64,000 nt of DNA, from contig JAZQBL010000013.1 in the NCBI GenBank assembly GCA_045545665.1, positions 81,504 to 145,503 of the forward strand, in the 5' to 3' direction. The stretch's first letter is position 1. Each line of letters begins with the position of its first letter. The notes under the pieces were generated by a model. It was not told where the DNA came from, searched no databases, and was given only the letters and a program-made list of their open reading frames with translations. A program made the position numbers and the translations under genes. Source of the DNA: Eubacteriales bacterium (GTDB lineage Bacteria > Bacillota > Clostridia > Oscillospirales > CAG-272). Positions 18,535 to 29,920 of the stretch are shown here, one piece after another.

Positions 18535-18574
18535 AAAGATATGAAGATTTTGATTTTCATATCTTTTTATTTTG
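18535..18574 (+). terminator. intrinsic terminator between yafQ and mazF
   Basis: Perfect 11-bp stem aaagatatgaa/ttcatatcttt with a 10-nt loop, followed by a T-rich tract. Confidence 0.6.
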
Positions 18575-18653
18575 CTTTCTTTCGGTTTTATGTTTAAAAT
18601 CGGAATTTTTAAGAAAAAATAATAGCAGAACATAATCAAAAGGAGAGAGCAAA

Positions 18654-19028
18654 GTGATCATAAAAAGAGGAGATATCTTCTATGCGGATCTGTCACCCGT
18701 GATCGGAAGTGAACAAGGAGGGCTTCGCCCCGTTTTAATAGTACAAAACGACGTCGGAAATAAATTTTCACCAACCGTTATTGCCGCCGCAATAACGAGC
18801 AGAGTATCTAAAACGAAACTGCCGACACACATCGGAATATACGCTGACAGCTACGGGCTTGCAAAAGATTCCGTCGTACTGCTTGAGCAGATACGCACCC
18901 TTGACAAGCAACGTCTTAAAGAAAAGATGGGGCATCTGGACGAGGACGTGATGGAGCAAGTGAACGAAGCGATATCCGTAAGCTTCGGACTTTCGGAAAG
19001 CAACCTGAACAACACTGCGATCTCTTAA
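18654..19028 (+). CDS. mazF: MazF/PemK (EndoA-type) endoribonuclease toxin
   Basis: GTG start after [56 protein letters not shown] is nearly collinear with B. subtilis EndoA (NdoA). Confidence 0.9.
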   Translation: MIIKRGDIFYADLSPVIGSEQGGLRPVLIVQNDVGNKFSPTVIAAAITSRVSKTKLPTHIGIYADSYGLAKDSVVLLEQIRTLDKQRLKEKMGHLDEDVMEQVNEAISVSFGLSESNLNNTAIS

Positions 19029-19039
19029 GGTGCAAAAAA

Positions 19040-20443
19040 ATGATAAATTCAACGTCCATTGATGAAAAAATACGTTTTTTTGATGACGCTTTAAGAATAT
19101 CCGAAAGCTTTGATACCGTACGCAGAGATATAATAGCGTGCAACGTGCGATGCAGTTTTTATTTCGTTGACGGTCTTACCAAAGACGAGGTAATGTTGCG
19201 GATAATGGATCTTTTCATGAAGCTGAAACAGTTTGATACAGCTTCCCTTTCATCCCTTAAAGATTTTTACGACACCTATATACCGTACGTGGAAGTTGAA
19301 AGCGCACAAAGTGAACAGCACGTAATCACGGGCGTTCTTTCGGGGATGACGGCGATGGTCGCCGACGGTATACCCGGCGTTATCCTTATAGACTGCAGAA
19401 CGTATCCCGTACGGGGAATAGAAGAACCCGAAAACGACAAAGTGCTGAGAGGCGCGCGCGTCGGTTTTGTCGAAACACTCGTTTTTAACGCCGCACTCAT
19501 TCGCCGCCACATAAGAGATCCGAAACTCACGATGAAGATAAAGACCGTCGGCACCTCTTCAAAAACAGATATAGTGCTTTGTTATCTTGACGGAAAGGCA
19601 GACAAAAAACTGCTTGAAAATATAGAAAAAAAGCTTGATGAAATAAACGTACCGGCTCTTTCATTATCAAGTGAATCGCTCGCGGAATGTCTTATAAAAA
19701 CGCGCTGGTACAATCCTTTTCCGAAAATACGGTACACAGAACGCCCCGATGCGGCATCGGCAAGTATTATGGAGGGAAGCATTATCGTTTTATGCGACAA
19801 TTCTCCGTCAGCCATGATCCTGCCGACGTGCATATTTGATTTTTTGCAGGAAACGGACGATTACTATTTTCCTCCCTTAACAGGCACGTATCTTCGCTTC
19901 GTGCGGTGTTCGGTGTTCTTTTTAACGGTATTTTTGTCCCCTCTTTGGTATCTTCTGATAACGCACGACGAATATATTCCTCAATGGCTTGACTTTATCC
20001 GAATCGAAGAGCTATCGGGACTTCCCGTAATAGTACAGCTCTTTTTGCTTGAATTTGCCGTTGACGGCTTGAAGCTTGCCGCGCTTAACACTCCGTCAGT
20101 TCTTGCGGGAAGCTTTTCTATAATAGGCGGGCTTATACTCGGCGACTTTGCCGTCAAGGTCGGCTGGTTCGTCCCCGAAACGATACTTTACACAGCCTTC
20201 GTCAGCATCGCAAATTTTGCACAGCCGAGCTACGAGCTTGGATATGCATTCAAATTTATGCGCCTTATCCTGCTTTTGCTGACGGCTTTGTTTGAAATTT
20301 GGGGATTTATCGCAGGCGTCATTCTGACGATCGTTCTTATATGCACGAACAAAACGGTACAAGGGCAAAGAAACTATCTTTATCCGCTCGTACCGTTTAA
20401 CAAAAAAGCTCTCACAAGGCTTTTAATAAGAAAGAAATTATGA
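19040..20443 (+). CDS. GerA-family spore germination protein, SpoVAF-like
   Basis: 467 aa. YPVRGIEEPENDKVLRGARVGFVETL...LIRRHIRDP...YTERPDAASASIMEGSIIVLCDNSPSAMILP plus C-terminal TM helices. Starts 11 nt after the mazF stop. Confidence 0.8.
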   Translation: MINSTSIDEKIRFFDDALRISESFDTVRRDIIACNVRCSFYFVDGLTKDEVMLRIMDLFMKLKQFDTASLSSLKDFYDTYIPYVEVESAQSEQHVITGVLSGMTAMVADGIPGVILIDCRTYPVRGIEEPENDKVLRGARVGFVETLVFNAALIRRHIRDPKLTMKIKTVGTSSKTDIVLCYLDGKADKKLLENIEKKLDEINVPALSLSSESLAECLIKTRWYNPFPKIRYTERPDAASASIMEGSIIVLCDNSPSAMILPTCIFDFLQETDDYYFPPLTGTYLRFVRCSVFFLTVFLSPLWYLLITHDEYIPQWLDFIRIEELSGLPVIVQLFLLEFAVDGLKLAALNTPSVLAGSFSIIGGLILGDFAVKVGWFVPETILYTAFVSIANFAQPSYELGYAFKFMRLILLLLTALFEIWGFIAGVILTIVLICTNKTVQGQRNYLYPLVPFNKKALTRLLIRKKL

Positions 20444-20483
20444 CCCGCACAGCTGTAATGATCACAGTTTTCATTTTTTTGTT

Positions 20484-20523
20484 AAAAAAACTTTTCCGAG
20501 CTTTCGTTCGGAAAAGTTTTTTA
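20484..20523. terminator. bidirectional terminator between the convergent spoVAF-like and ABC genes
   Basis: cttttccga / tcggaaaag stem flanked by an A-run and a T-run. Confidence 0.75.
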
Positions 20524-20525
20524 TT

Positions 20526-22409
20526 TCACTGTTTATTGCCGCCGTTATACAAAGTATAGTACGTTCCTTGCTGTGCTATGAGGTCGTCGTGTGTTCCTCT
20601 TTCGATTATTCTGCCCTTTTCAAGCACCATTATAACGTCGGAATTTTTAACGGTTGAAAGTCTGTGAGCTATTACGAAAACCGTTCTTCCCTTCATAAGA
20701 CTGTCCATACCTGCCGCGACTATCGCTTCGGTTCTCGTGTCGATGCTCGACGTTGCCTCGTCAAGTATCAGCACGGGAGGATCGGCAACTGCCGCACGTG
20801 CTATTGCAATAAGCTGTCTTTGTCCCTGTGAAAGGCTTGCGCCGTCTGCCGTGAGCATCGTATTATATCCATCAGGCAAATGGCTTATAAAGTAATCTGC
20901 ATTTACAAGCTTTGCGGCAGCCACTACTTCCTCGTCCGTTGCATCGAGTCTTCCGTAACGGATATTATCCGCAACAGTACCTGTGAAAAGGTGTGTATCC
21001 TGAAGCACGACACCGAGTGAACGGCGCAGGTCCGCTTTCTTTATCTTATTGATATTTATTCCGTCGTAGCGTATCTTACCGTCCTGGATATCGTAAAATC
21101 TGTTTATAAGATTCGTTATCGTCGTTTTACCCGCACCCGTTGCACCGACAAAAGCCACCTTCTGTCCCGGACGTGCATAAAGCTTGATATCGTGAAGAAC
21201 GATCTTATCATCTGTATAACCGAAGTCGACGCCGTCGAACACGACGTCACCTGCTAAAGGTGTGTACGTAACGCTTCCGTCGGCTTTATGCGGATGGCGC
21301 CAAGCCCATTTGCCTGTACGCTCCTTTGTTTCAACGATCTTGCCGTTTTCTTCCTTACAGTTGACAAGAGTTACGTATCCGTCATCCTGTTCTGCCGGTT
21401 CATCAAGGAGTGCAAATATTCTTTCAGCACCCGCAACTGCCATAATTATCGAGTTTATCTGCTGTGATATCTGCGATATCGGCATATTGAACGTTCTTGT
21501 AAACTGCAAAAACGGAACGAGCGAAGCGACGGCAAATCCGCCGACGCCCTTTATCGCCATAACGCCGCCGATGATAGCCACAAGCACGTAGTTCAAATAA
21601 CCGAGGTTGCCCATTATCGGCATTACGATATTTGCAAAGCCGTTTGCGTTTTTCGTCGTCATATAGAGCTCGTCGTTGAGCTTTTCAAACACTTCCGTCG
21701 CCTCGTCTTCGTAATTAAAGACCTTGACGACCTTCTGTCCGTCCGTCATTTCCTCTATATAGCCGTTGACTGCACCGAGGTTTTTCTGCGTTGCACGGAA
21801 GAATTTTGCACTTTTTCCGCCGAGGACTCTCGTTATTATAACGGCAAAGAAGACGACGGTGAGAGCAAGAGCTGTCAGAAGCGGTGAAAGGATGAGCATT
21901 GATATCACCGAGGATATGATAGTTGCAGTCGATGATATAAGGTTCGGTATACTCTGGCTTATGAGCTGGCGGAGAGTATCCGTATCGTTTGTATAAACGC
22001 TCATAATATCGCCGTGGGAGTTTTTATCGAAATATTTTATAGGGAGCTTCTGCATATGTTCAAACAAGTCGTCACGGATCTTTTTAAGTGTACCCTGGCA
22101 AACCGTTACCATCATTCTGTTTGAGCCGAAGACCGACAAAACGCCGATGCCGTACGCCCCTGCGACCTTTGCAAGCTCCTTTAAAAGGTCGTTGAATGTG
22201 GGAGTCGTTTCGGGTGTTTTCATCATAGGCTCGATGAAGTCGGCAATAAGTGTTTTAAAGAACATCGTTCCGTACGCTGTCGTTACGGCACTTGCGATAA
22301 GGCATATGAACACGAGCAAGCACAGCACGGGATAATCGGATATAACGAAGCGCAGCACACGCATCACCGTGGGAATGGGATTTCGTTTTTTCATTTTCAT
22401 ATTATTCAT
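20526..22409 (-). CDS. ABC exporter, fused permease/ATPase subunit
   Basis: 627 aa. N-terminal 6-TM domain. GATGAGKTT, LSQGQRQL, LILDEATSSID. Confidence 0.85.
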   Translation of the reverse strand: MNNMKMKKRNPIPTVMRVLRFVISDYPVLCLLVFICLIASAVTTAYGTMFFKTLIADFIEPMMKTPETTPTFNDLLKELAKVAGAYGIGVLSVFGSNRMMVTVCQGTLKKIRDDLFEHMQKLPIKYFDKNSHGDIMSVYTNDTDTLRQLISQSIPNLISSTATIISSVISMLILSPLLTALALTVVFFAVIITRVLGGKSAKFFRATQKNLGAVNGYIEEMTDGQKVVKVFNYEDEATEVFEKLNDELYMTTKNANGFANIVMPIMGNLGYLNYVLVAIIGGVMAIKGVGGFAVASLVPFLQFTRTFNMPISQISQQINSIIMAVAGAERIFALLDEPAEQDDGYVTLVNCKEENGKIVETKERTGKWAWRHPHKADGSVTYTPLAGDVVFDGVDFGYTDDKIVLHDIKLYARPGQKVAFVGATGAGKTTITNLINRFYDIQDGKIRYDGININKIKKADLRRSLGVVLQDTHLFTGTVADNIRYGRLDATDEEVVAAAKLVNADYFISHLPDGYNTMLTADGASLSQGQRQLIAIARAAVADPPVLILDEATSSIDTRTEAIVAAGMDSLMKGRTVFVIAHRLSTVKNSDVIMVLEKGRIIERGTHDDLIAQQGTYYTLYNGGNKQ

Positions 22410-24144
22410 CGAAATCAGCTCCCTTCATCTGTGATTCGTATACTTCACGGTAGATATCGTTGGTTTCAAGAAGCTCGTCGTGTTTGCCGACGGCATTTAC
22501 CTTTCCTTCGTCAAGCACGATTATCATATCGGCATCGCACACGGAGGATATACGCTGAGCGATGATTATTTTCGTAACCTCGGGGATATATTCGGCAAAC
22601 GCTTTCCTTATTTTTGCATCCGTCGACGTATCGACAGCACTTGTCGAGTCGTCAAGTATGAGCACCTTCGGGGACTTAAGAAGCGCACGCGCGATACACA
22701 GACGCTGTTTCTGACCGCCAGATACGTTTGTGCCGCCTCGGTCGATGACGGTATCGTATCCGTCGGGGAAGGACATAATAAAGTCGTGTGCCTGTGCCGA
22801 CTTACACGCCGCTATCATCTGTTCGTCGGTTGCGTCCTTGTTGCCCCAGCGGAGGTTATCCTTTATCGTACCGGAGAAAAGGACGTTTTTCTGAAGGACC
22901 ATGGAAACGGCATCACGCAAAGCCTTTATGCTGTAATCCCTTACGTCGACTCCGCCGACCTTGATACATCCACCGGTTACGTCGTAGAGTCTTGGAATGA
23001 GCTGAACGAGTGTCGTTTTACCGCTTCCCGTACCGCCGATAACGCCGACGACAGCACCTGAGGGAATGGTGAGGTCTATATGCTCAAGGTTAAGATTTTC
23101 TTCATTCTTGGAATAGGAGAAGCAAACGTCGTCGAATACTATTTCGCCGTTTTTGACTTCCGTTACGGGTTCTTCGGGGTCCTTTATATCTATTTCTTCG
23201 TCAAGCACCTGCATGATACGCTCAGCAGATGACTTTGACATCGTCATCATAACGAACACCATAGATATCATCATAAGGTTCATAAGTACGTTTATGGTGT
23301 AAGAAAGGAAGCTCGTAAGATCGCCCGTTGACATTTCGGTACCGTTTGAATTTACGATTATGTGAGCACCGAACCAGCATATGAGTATCATACACACGTT
23401 CATTGTAAAGTTCATAACGGGGCCGTTCATAATGACGACCTTTTCGGCATTTACGAATCCCTTGTATATGAAATCGGATGCTTTGTGGAATTTTTTCGTT
23501 TCGTATTCTTCTCTTACGTACGATTTTACGACACGCACGCCCGTCAGGTTTTCCTGCACGCTTTCGTTGAGCTTGTCGTATTTTTCAAATACGAATTTGA
23601 ATCTGGGGAATGCTTTGGTTGCGACTATCGCAAGTATGCTGCCCAAAAAGAGTATTGCGAAAATATACATTATCGACAGCTTTCTGTTGATACGGAACGC
23701 CATGATGAGCGCCATTATAAGCATAAGAGGCGCGCGCACGCATATACGTATCATCATCTGAAAGGACATCTGCACGTTCGTGACGTCCGTCGTCATTCTC
23801 GTTACAAGTCCCGACGTTGCAAATTTATCCGTGTTTGCAAACGAAAAGCTCTGTATTTTTTTGAAAATGCCGAATCTGAGATTTTTTGCAAAACCTGCGG
23901 AGGCTTTCGACGCCGTCATAGCACCCGATGCACCGAAGGCAAGCGAGAGCATCGCCATAAGTATCATCAGAAGTCCCGTTGTAACTATGTGGTTGATATC
24001 GCCTTTTTCAACGCCGTCGTCAATGATCGATGCCATAAGATACGGTATCATTATTTCAAGTGCGACTTCGCCCATAATGAGCAAGGGCGTCAAGAGCGTG
24101 ATCTTTTTAAATTCCCCGATGTATCGGGCAAGCTTTTTTATCAT
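22402..24144 (-). CDS. ABC exporter, fused permease/ATPase subunit (partner of the previous gene)
   Basis: 580 aa. GGTGSGKTT, VSGGQKQRL, LILDDSTSAVD. Overlaps both the downstream gene and the upstream marR. Confidence 0.85.
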   Translation of the reverse strand: MIKKLARYIGEFKKITLLTPLLIMGEVALEIMIPYLMASIIDDGVEKGDINHIVTTGLLMILMAMLSLAFGASGAMTASKASAGFAKNLRFGIFKKIQSFSFANTDKFATSGLVTRMTTDVTNVQMSFQMMIRICVRAPLMLIMALIMAFRINRKLSIMYIFAILFLGSILAIVATKAFPRFKFVFEKYDKLNESVQENLTGVRVVKSYVREEYETKKFHKASDFIYKGFVNAEKVVIMNGPVMNFTMNVCMILICWFGAHIIVNSNGTEMSTGDLTSFLSYTINVLMNLMMISMVFVMMTMSKSSAERIMQVLDEEIDIKDPEEPVTEVKNGEIVFDDVCFSYSKNEENLNLEHIDLTIPSGAVVGVIGGTGSGKTTLVQLIPRLYDVTGGCIKVGGVDVRDYSIKALRDAVSMVLQKNVLFSGTIKDNLRWGNKDATDEQMIAACKSAQAHDFIMSFPDGYDTVIDRGGTNVSGGQKQRLCIARALLKSPKVLILDDSTSAVDTSTDAKIRKAFAEYIPEVTKIIIAQRISSVCDADMIIVLDEGKVNAVGKHDELLETNDIYREVYESQMKGADFDE

Positions 24145-24599
24145 ATCGTCTTTTCTTTCCTTTCATTTTTTTCAAGTAACGTAAGACGGTCTTCAAGAGT
24201 GTCAAGAAGCAAAAAAAGTTCTTTTTTCTGTTCTGCCGTTATCGCACGGCAAAGCTCGTTTTCAACTTCGTTTATCGTATCCCGCATACGCAAGTCTGCC
24301 TCACGGCCTGCAGAGGTGAGGCGGATACGCTTGAGGCGCGCGTCCTTTTCATCGGAGCATCTCGTTATCAAACCGTTTTTTTCCATGAGCTGCAATATTG
24401 TCGTAACGGAAGAACGGCGGATGCCGAATTCACGCTCTATATCCTTTTGATACACCGGTTCATCCTCTCTGTGTACCAAAAAACAAATTATCATCGACTG
24501 CATATGAGTTACGCCGTATTCCGATATCCTGTTGTCGATATATCTGCGCAAATGATTTGACACGTTGCCAAGGCGCTTGCCTATATGCTCTGTGTGCAA
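24141..24599 (-). CDS. MarR family transcriptional regulator
   Basis: 152 aa winged-helix protein (IRRSSVTTILQLMEKNGLITR...DARLKRIRLT). First gene of the exporter operon. Confidence 0.85.
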   Translation of the reverse strand: MHTEHIGKRLGNVSNHLRRYIDNRISEYGVTHMQSMIICFLVHREDEPVYQKDIEREFGIRRSSVTTILQLMEKNGLITRCSDEKDARLKRIRLTSAGREADLRMRDTINEVENELCRAITAEQKKELFLLLDTLEDRLTLLEKNERKEKTI

Positions 24600-24796
24600 A
24601 AATATCCCTCTTTCTTTTGTTAGTTTTCTAATTATTCTATATTAATTGTTTTTTCGTTTCAATATATTATTATAGTAATTTTTGTGAACAAAGAAAAGTT
24701 TTATTAAATATTTTGTGTATACAAAAACATCCCGTCTTGACTTTTTTCGTCATTTGATATATCATATAACCGTGGTTTAAAAAAGGAGTATCAAAC

Positions 24797-25876
24797 ATGG
24801 CTAAAAAAACAAAAAAGACCCCTTGGGGACTTATAAAAGCATACCTTAACAGAGTATTTATAGACGGGCTTTCGGGAATGGCGCTCGGGCTCTTTGCGAC
24901 GCTCATCGTCGGCACGATATTAAAACAGCTCGGTGAATATATCCCGGGGGACATCGGCATCATACTTGAAAAAACGGGTGCTGTTGCACAGATAGCAACA
25001 GGTGCCGGCATCGGCTGCGGTGTTGCAACGAAGCTTTCTTCGAAGCCTCTGGTCGTTTTTTCAGCCGCCGTGTGCGGACTTGTCGGTGCGTTTGCCTCAA
25101 AGCTCCCGTATATGAGCGGTGTGTCGCTTTCAGGTCCCGGCGATCCTCTCAATGCGTTTATTGCCGCATACGTTTGCGTTGAGATAGGCGCGCTTATAGC
25201 GGGAAAAACGAAAATAGATATAATCCTTACCCCTGTCGTATCCGTATTTTGCGGAAGCTTCATCGGATTTGTGACCGGCGATGAAATAGCAGAATTCAAC
25301 GCATTTTTGGGAGGTCTTGTTGAGTACGGCGTCGAAGCACGTCCGATACTTGCAGGCATCATCGTTTCCGTGCTTATGGGAATGTTTCTGACGCTTCCGA
25401 TAAGCTCGGCAGCAATAGGTGTCATCCTCGGTCTTTCGGGAATTGCCGCAGGTGCGGCAACGGTCGGATGCTGTGCCAACATGATAGGCTTTGCCGTTAT
25501 AAGCTACCGAGAAAACAAAATGGGCGGACTTCTTGCCCAGGGACTCGGCACAAGTATGCTCCAGATGCCGAATATACTAAAAAGGCCCCTCATATGGCTG
25601 CCTGCGATAATCACAAGCGCCATACTCGGACCTTTGTCAACTGTCGTATTTAAAATGACGAACACTCCCGCCGGCTCGGGAATGGGTACGGCAGGTCTTG
25701 TAGGACCTCTGCTTTCGTTTGCCGATATGACCTCAAACGGAGAATCCACAGTATCCGTGCTCATAAAAATAGCTTTGATGTACTTTATCCTTCCCGCCGT
25801 TTTAAGCCTTGCAATATCCGAAGGAATGAGAAAAGCAGGCTTTATAAAGCAGGGAGATATGAAGCTCGACTTGTGA
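24797..25876 (+). CDS. PTS EIIC_2-like integral membrane protein
   Basis: 359 aa polytopic protein. GTILKQLG and GDPLNAFIAAYVCVEIGALIAGKTKIDIILTP resemble the PTS_EIIC_2 family by recollection. Confidence 0.6.
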   Translation: MAKKTKKTPWGLIKAYLNRVFIDGLSGMALGLFATLIVGTILKQLGEYIPGDIGIILEKTGAVAQIATGAGIGCGVATKLSSKPLVVFSAAVCGLVGAFASKLPYMSGVSLSGPGDPLNAFIAAYVCVEIGALIAGKTKIDIILTPVVSVFCGSFIGFVTGDEIAEFNAFLGGLVEYGVEARPILAGIIVSVLMGMFLTLPISSAAIGVILGLSGIAAGAATVGCCANMIGFAVISYRENKMGGLLAQGLGTSMLQMPNILKRPLIWLPAIITSAILGPLSTVVFKMTNTPAGSGMGTAGLVGPLLSFADMTSNGESTVSVLIKIALMYFILPAVLSLAISEGMRKAGFIKQGDMKLDL

Positions 25877-26788
25877 TCAATGCGCTAATTTCAAGTGAAT
25901 ACGTGCCGTATCGGCTATCACGTTAAGATCGTACGTTTTGTTTTGCCAGCCGCCGAAGGTAAGTGTAACTTCCTTCGGCATGCCCTTTTCAAGCGTTACG
26001 GTCTTATTTGACGTTTTGGCAAACTCACCGTCTTCGTTTTGCGGCACTGCCTCTATCTTAAGCGTTATATCTTCTTGAGAGGTAACGGTAACGGTTATGG
26101 AATTCACATCGTTTTCGGGTGTTGCGTCGCTGCCCGTTTCAATGCTTTTTATATCAAGGGAAAGCGTCCCTTCGTCTTCAAACACACGTTTAAGCTCGAC
26201 GTTCGTTCCCGAATACGTACCGTAAAGCGTGTTCCTCGGGTAGTACATCCAAAGCTCGTTTAAAAGCTGTACAAGCTCCTCGCTGTAGGAAAGCACGTCA
26301 CCCTCCGTGTAATGCCCTTCGACTGTACATATTTCCTTTTTTTCGGGTGATATACGGTATATTTTACCTTCCGTTTCTATCCAGAACGTGCCTTCGGGTG
26401 CTTTGCAAATCTCGGACGGCATAAAGCTGAACGCCTCGTCTGTGATCTTTTCGCTTTTTTCATTTGTCGGTGTAAGTGAAAAAAGCATATTTTTAAACGT
26501 ACCGCCGTATTTCCCCTTTATTTCTTTTTTTCTTACCGAAAGAGGATCTCCCGCACAGCTCAGAAGAAGAAAGGACGCTTCTTCCGCTTCATCATCTTCG
26601 TTTGACGAAGTGTCCGTATCCGTATTTTCAGCAGTGGTATCTGCCTCTCTGCTTACAAGCTCATCCTCTTTATAGTATATATTTTCTTCCGATTCGTTCG
26701 TGTTTTGTTCCGTATTGCCGTTTCCGCAGGAGGAAAGTGACACGGCAATTGCCAGAAGAAACAAAAAAATTCTTACGTATTTTTTCAT
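25877..26788 (-). CDS. hypothetical lipoprotein with acidic N-terminal linker
   Basis: Lipobox LSSCGNG after the signal peptide. Asp/Glu/Thr-rich region. No family recognised. Confidence 0.6.
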   Translation of the reverse strand: MKKYVRIFLFLLAIAVSLSSCGNGNTEQNTNESEENIYYKEDELVSREADTTAENTDTDTSSNEDDEAEEASFLLLSCAGDPLSVRKKEIKGKYGGTFKNMLFSLTPTNEKSEKITDEAFSFMPSEICKAPEGTFWIETEGKIYRISPEKKEICTVEGHYTEGDVLSYSEELVQLLNELWMYYPRNTLYGTYSGTNVELKRVFEDEGTLSLDIKSIETGSDATPENDVNSITVTVTSQEDITLKIEAVPQNEDGEFAKTSNKTVTLEKGMPKEVTLTFGGWQNKTYDLNVIADTARIHLKLAH

Positions 26789-26896
26789 AAAAGCTCCATT
26801 TGTATTTTGTATTATATAATATACATTATTGATCCCGTTTTGTCAAGTCGCATATACACCGCTTAAAATCGGTAATTTTTGTTAAATAAATGTTAA

Positions 26897-28965
<2,069 letters not shown>

Positions 28966-29056
28966 TAAACCGTAAAGGCAGCTAACCGCATAACTGAATA
29001 AAAAAACGGGTGTTGTCCGCAAAGCGAACGGCACCCGTTTCAATCAAATATAAAGA

Positions 29057-29812
29057 TTATTCTGTCAGTTCCGCATTCGTTTCTTTCAGTGCGGAAAGAT
29101 ATTCGCAAGGGTCAACGGCCGTACCGTCTTTTCTCACTTCAAAATGCAAGTGCGGTGCGTCGGAAAGCTCAACGAGCGTCGTTTCACCGACACAGCCGAG
29201 AGCACGGCCCGCATCGACCTTGACGCCCTCTTTTATGCCTTCGGCAAGCTGTTCGTTAAGGTTCTGATAGTATGAAACGAGTCCGTCACCGTGGTCTACC
29301 TTCACGGTCATTCCCATCATAGGGTCGTTATATATCTTTGATACTGTGCCGTCGGTAAAGCTGTATACGGGCATACCGGGTTCGGCGTATATATCGACAC
29401 CTGTATGAACTCTGTAATCGTTCATCGTTGCCGAATACACGGGCAGATCTTTCGAGAAGCTTTTCACAACGCTTCCGTCAGTCGGCATAACGAATATTTT
29501 GGGAGTTGAAACGGGTTCGTCCTCTGTCGGGATATCCTCGTTTGCAGGTTCATCCGTAATAACAAGCGTTTCGGGCGCTTTCGTTTCATCGGGGATAATA
29601 ACGGGGGGCTTTACCGTTTCCTGCGGTCTTGTCTGTACGCTTTGCTGTGTAGTTACAGGCGTGTCCGTATCAACGGGCGGTTTGTTTCTGTCCTTGCGCT
29701 TGTTTATTGCCGTTATTACGGATATCACCATAATAATGACAAGCATTGCCGCAAGCACCGTGTACAGGATCCTTGCCTGCTTTTCAGAATTTCTTTTTTC
29801 CATATGCAACAT
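29057..29812 (-). CDS. membrane-anchored M23 (LytM) peptidase
   Basis: N-terminal TM helix, Pro/Thr-rich linker. HTGVDIYAEPG and HLHFEV metal-binding motifs. Confidence 0.85.
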   Translation of the reverse strand: MLHMEKRNSEKQARILYTVLAAMLVIIMVISVITAINKRKDRNKPPVDTDTPVTTQQSVQTRPQETVKPPVIIPDETKAPETLVITDEPANEDIPTEDEPVSTPKIFVMPTDGSVVKSFSKDLPVYSATMNDYRVHTGVDIYAEPGMPVYSFTDGTVSKIYNDPMMGMTVKVDHGDGLVSYYQNLNEQLAEGIKEGVKVDAGRALGCVGETTLVELSDAPHLHFEVRKDGTAVDPCEYLSALKETNAELTE

Positions 29813-29920
29813 CTCCGTTTTTTTGATTTACCCGTACGGGTTGTATGAAATATTTTCACCATATAACGAGGTTTTATACACCCAAATACCAAATAACAAT
29901 AAAAGAAAGGATGTTTTAAA

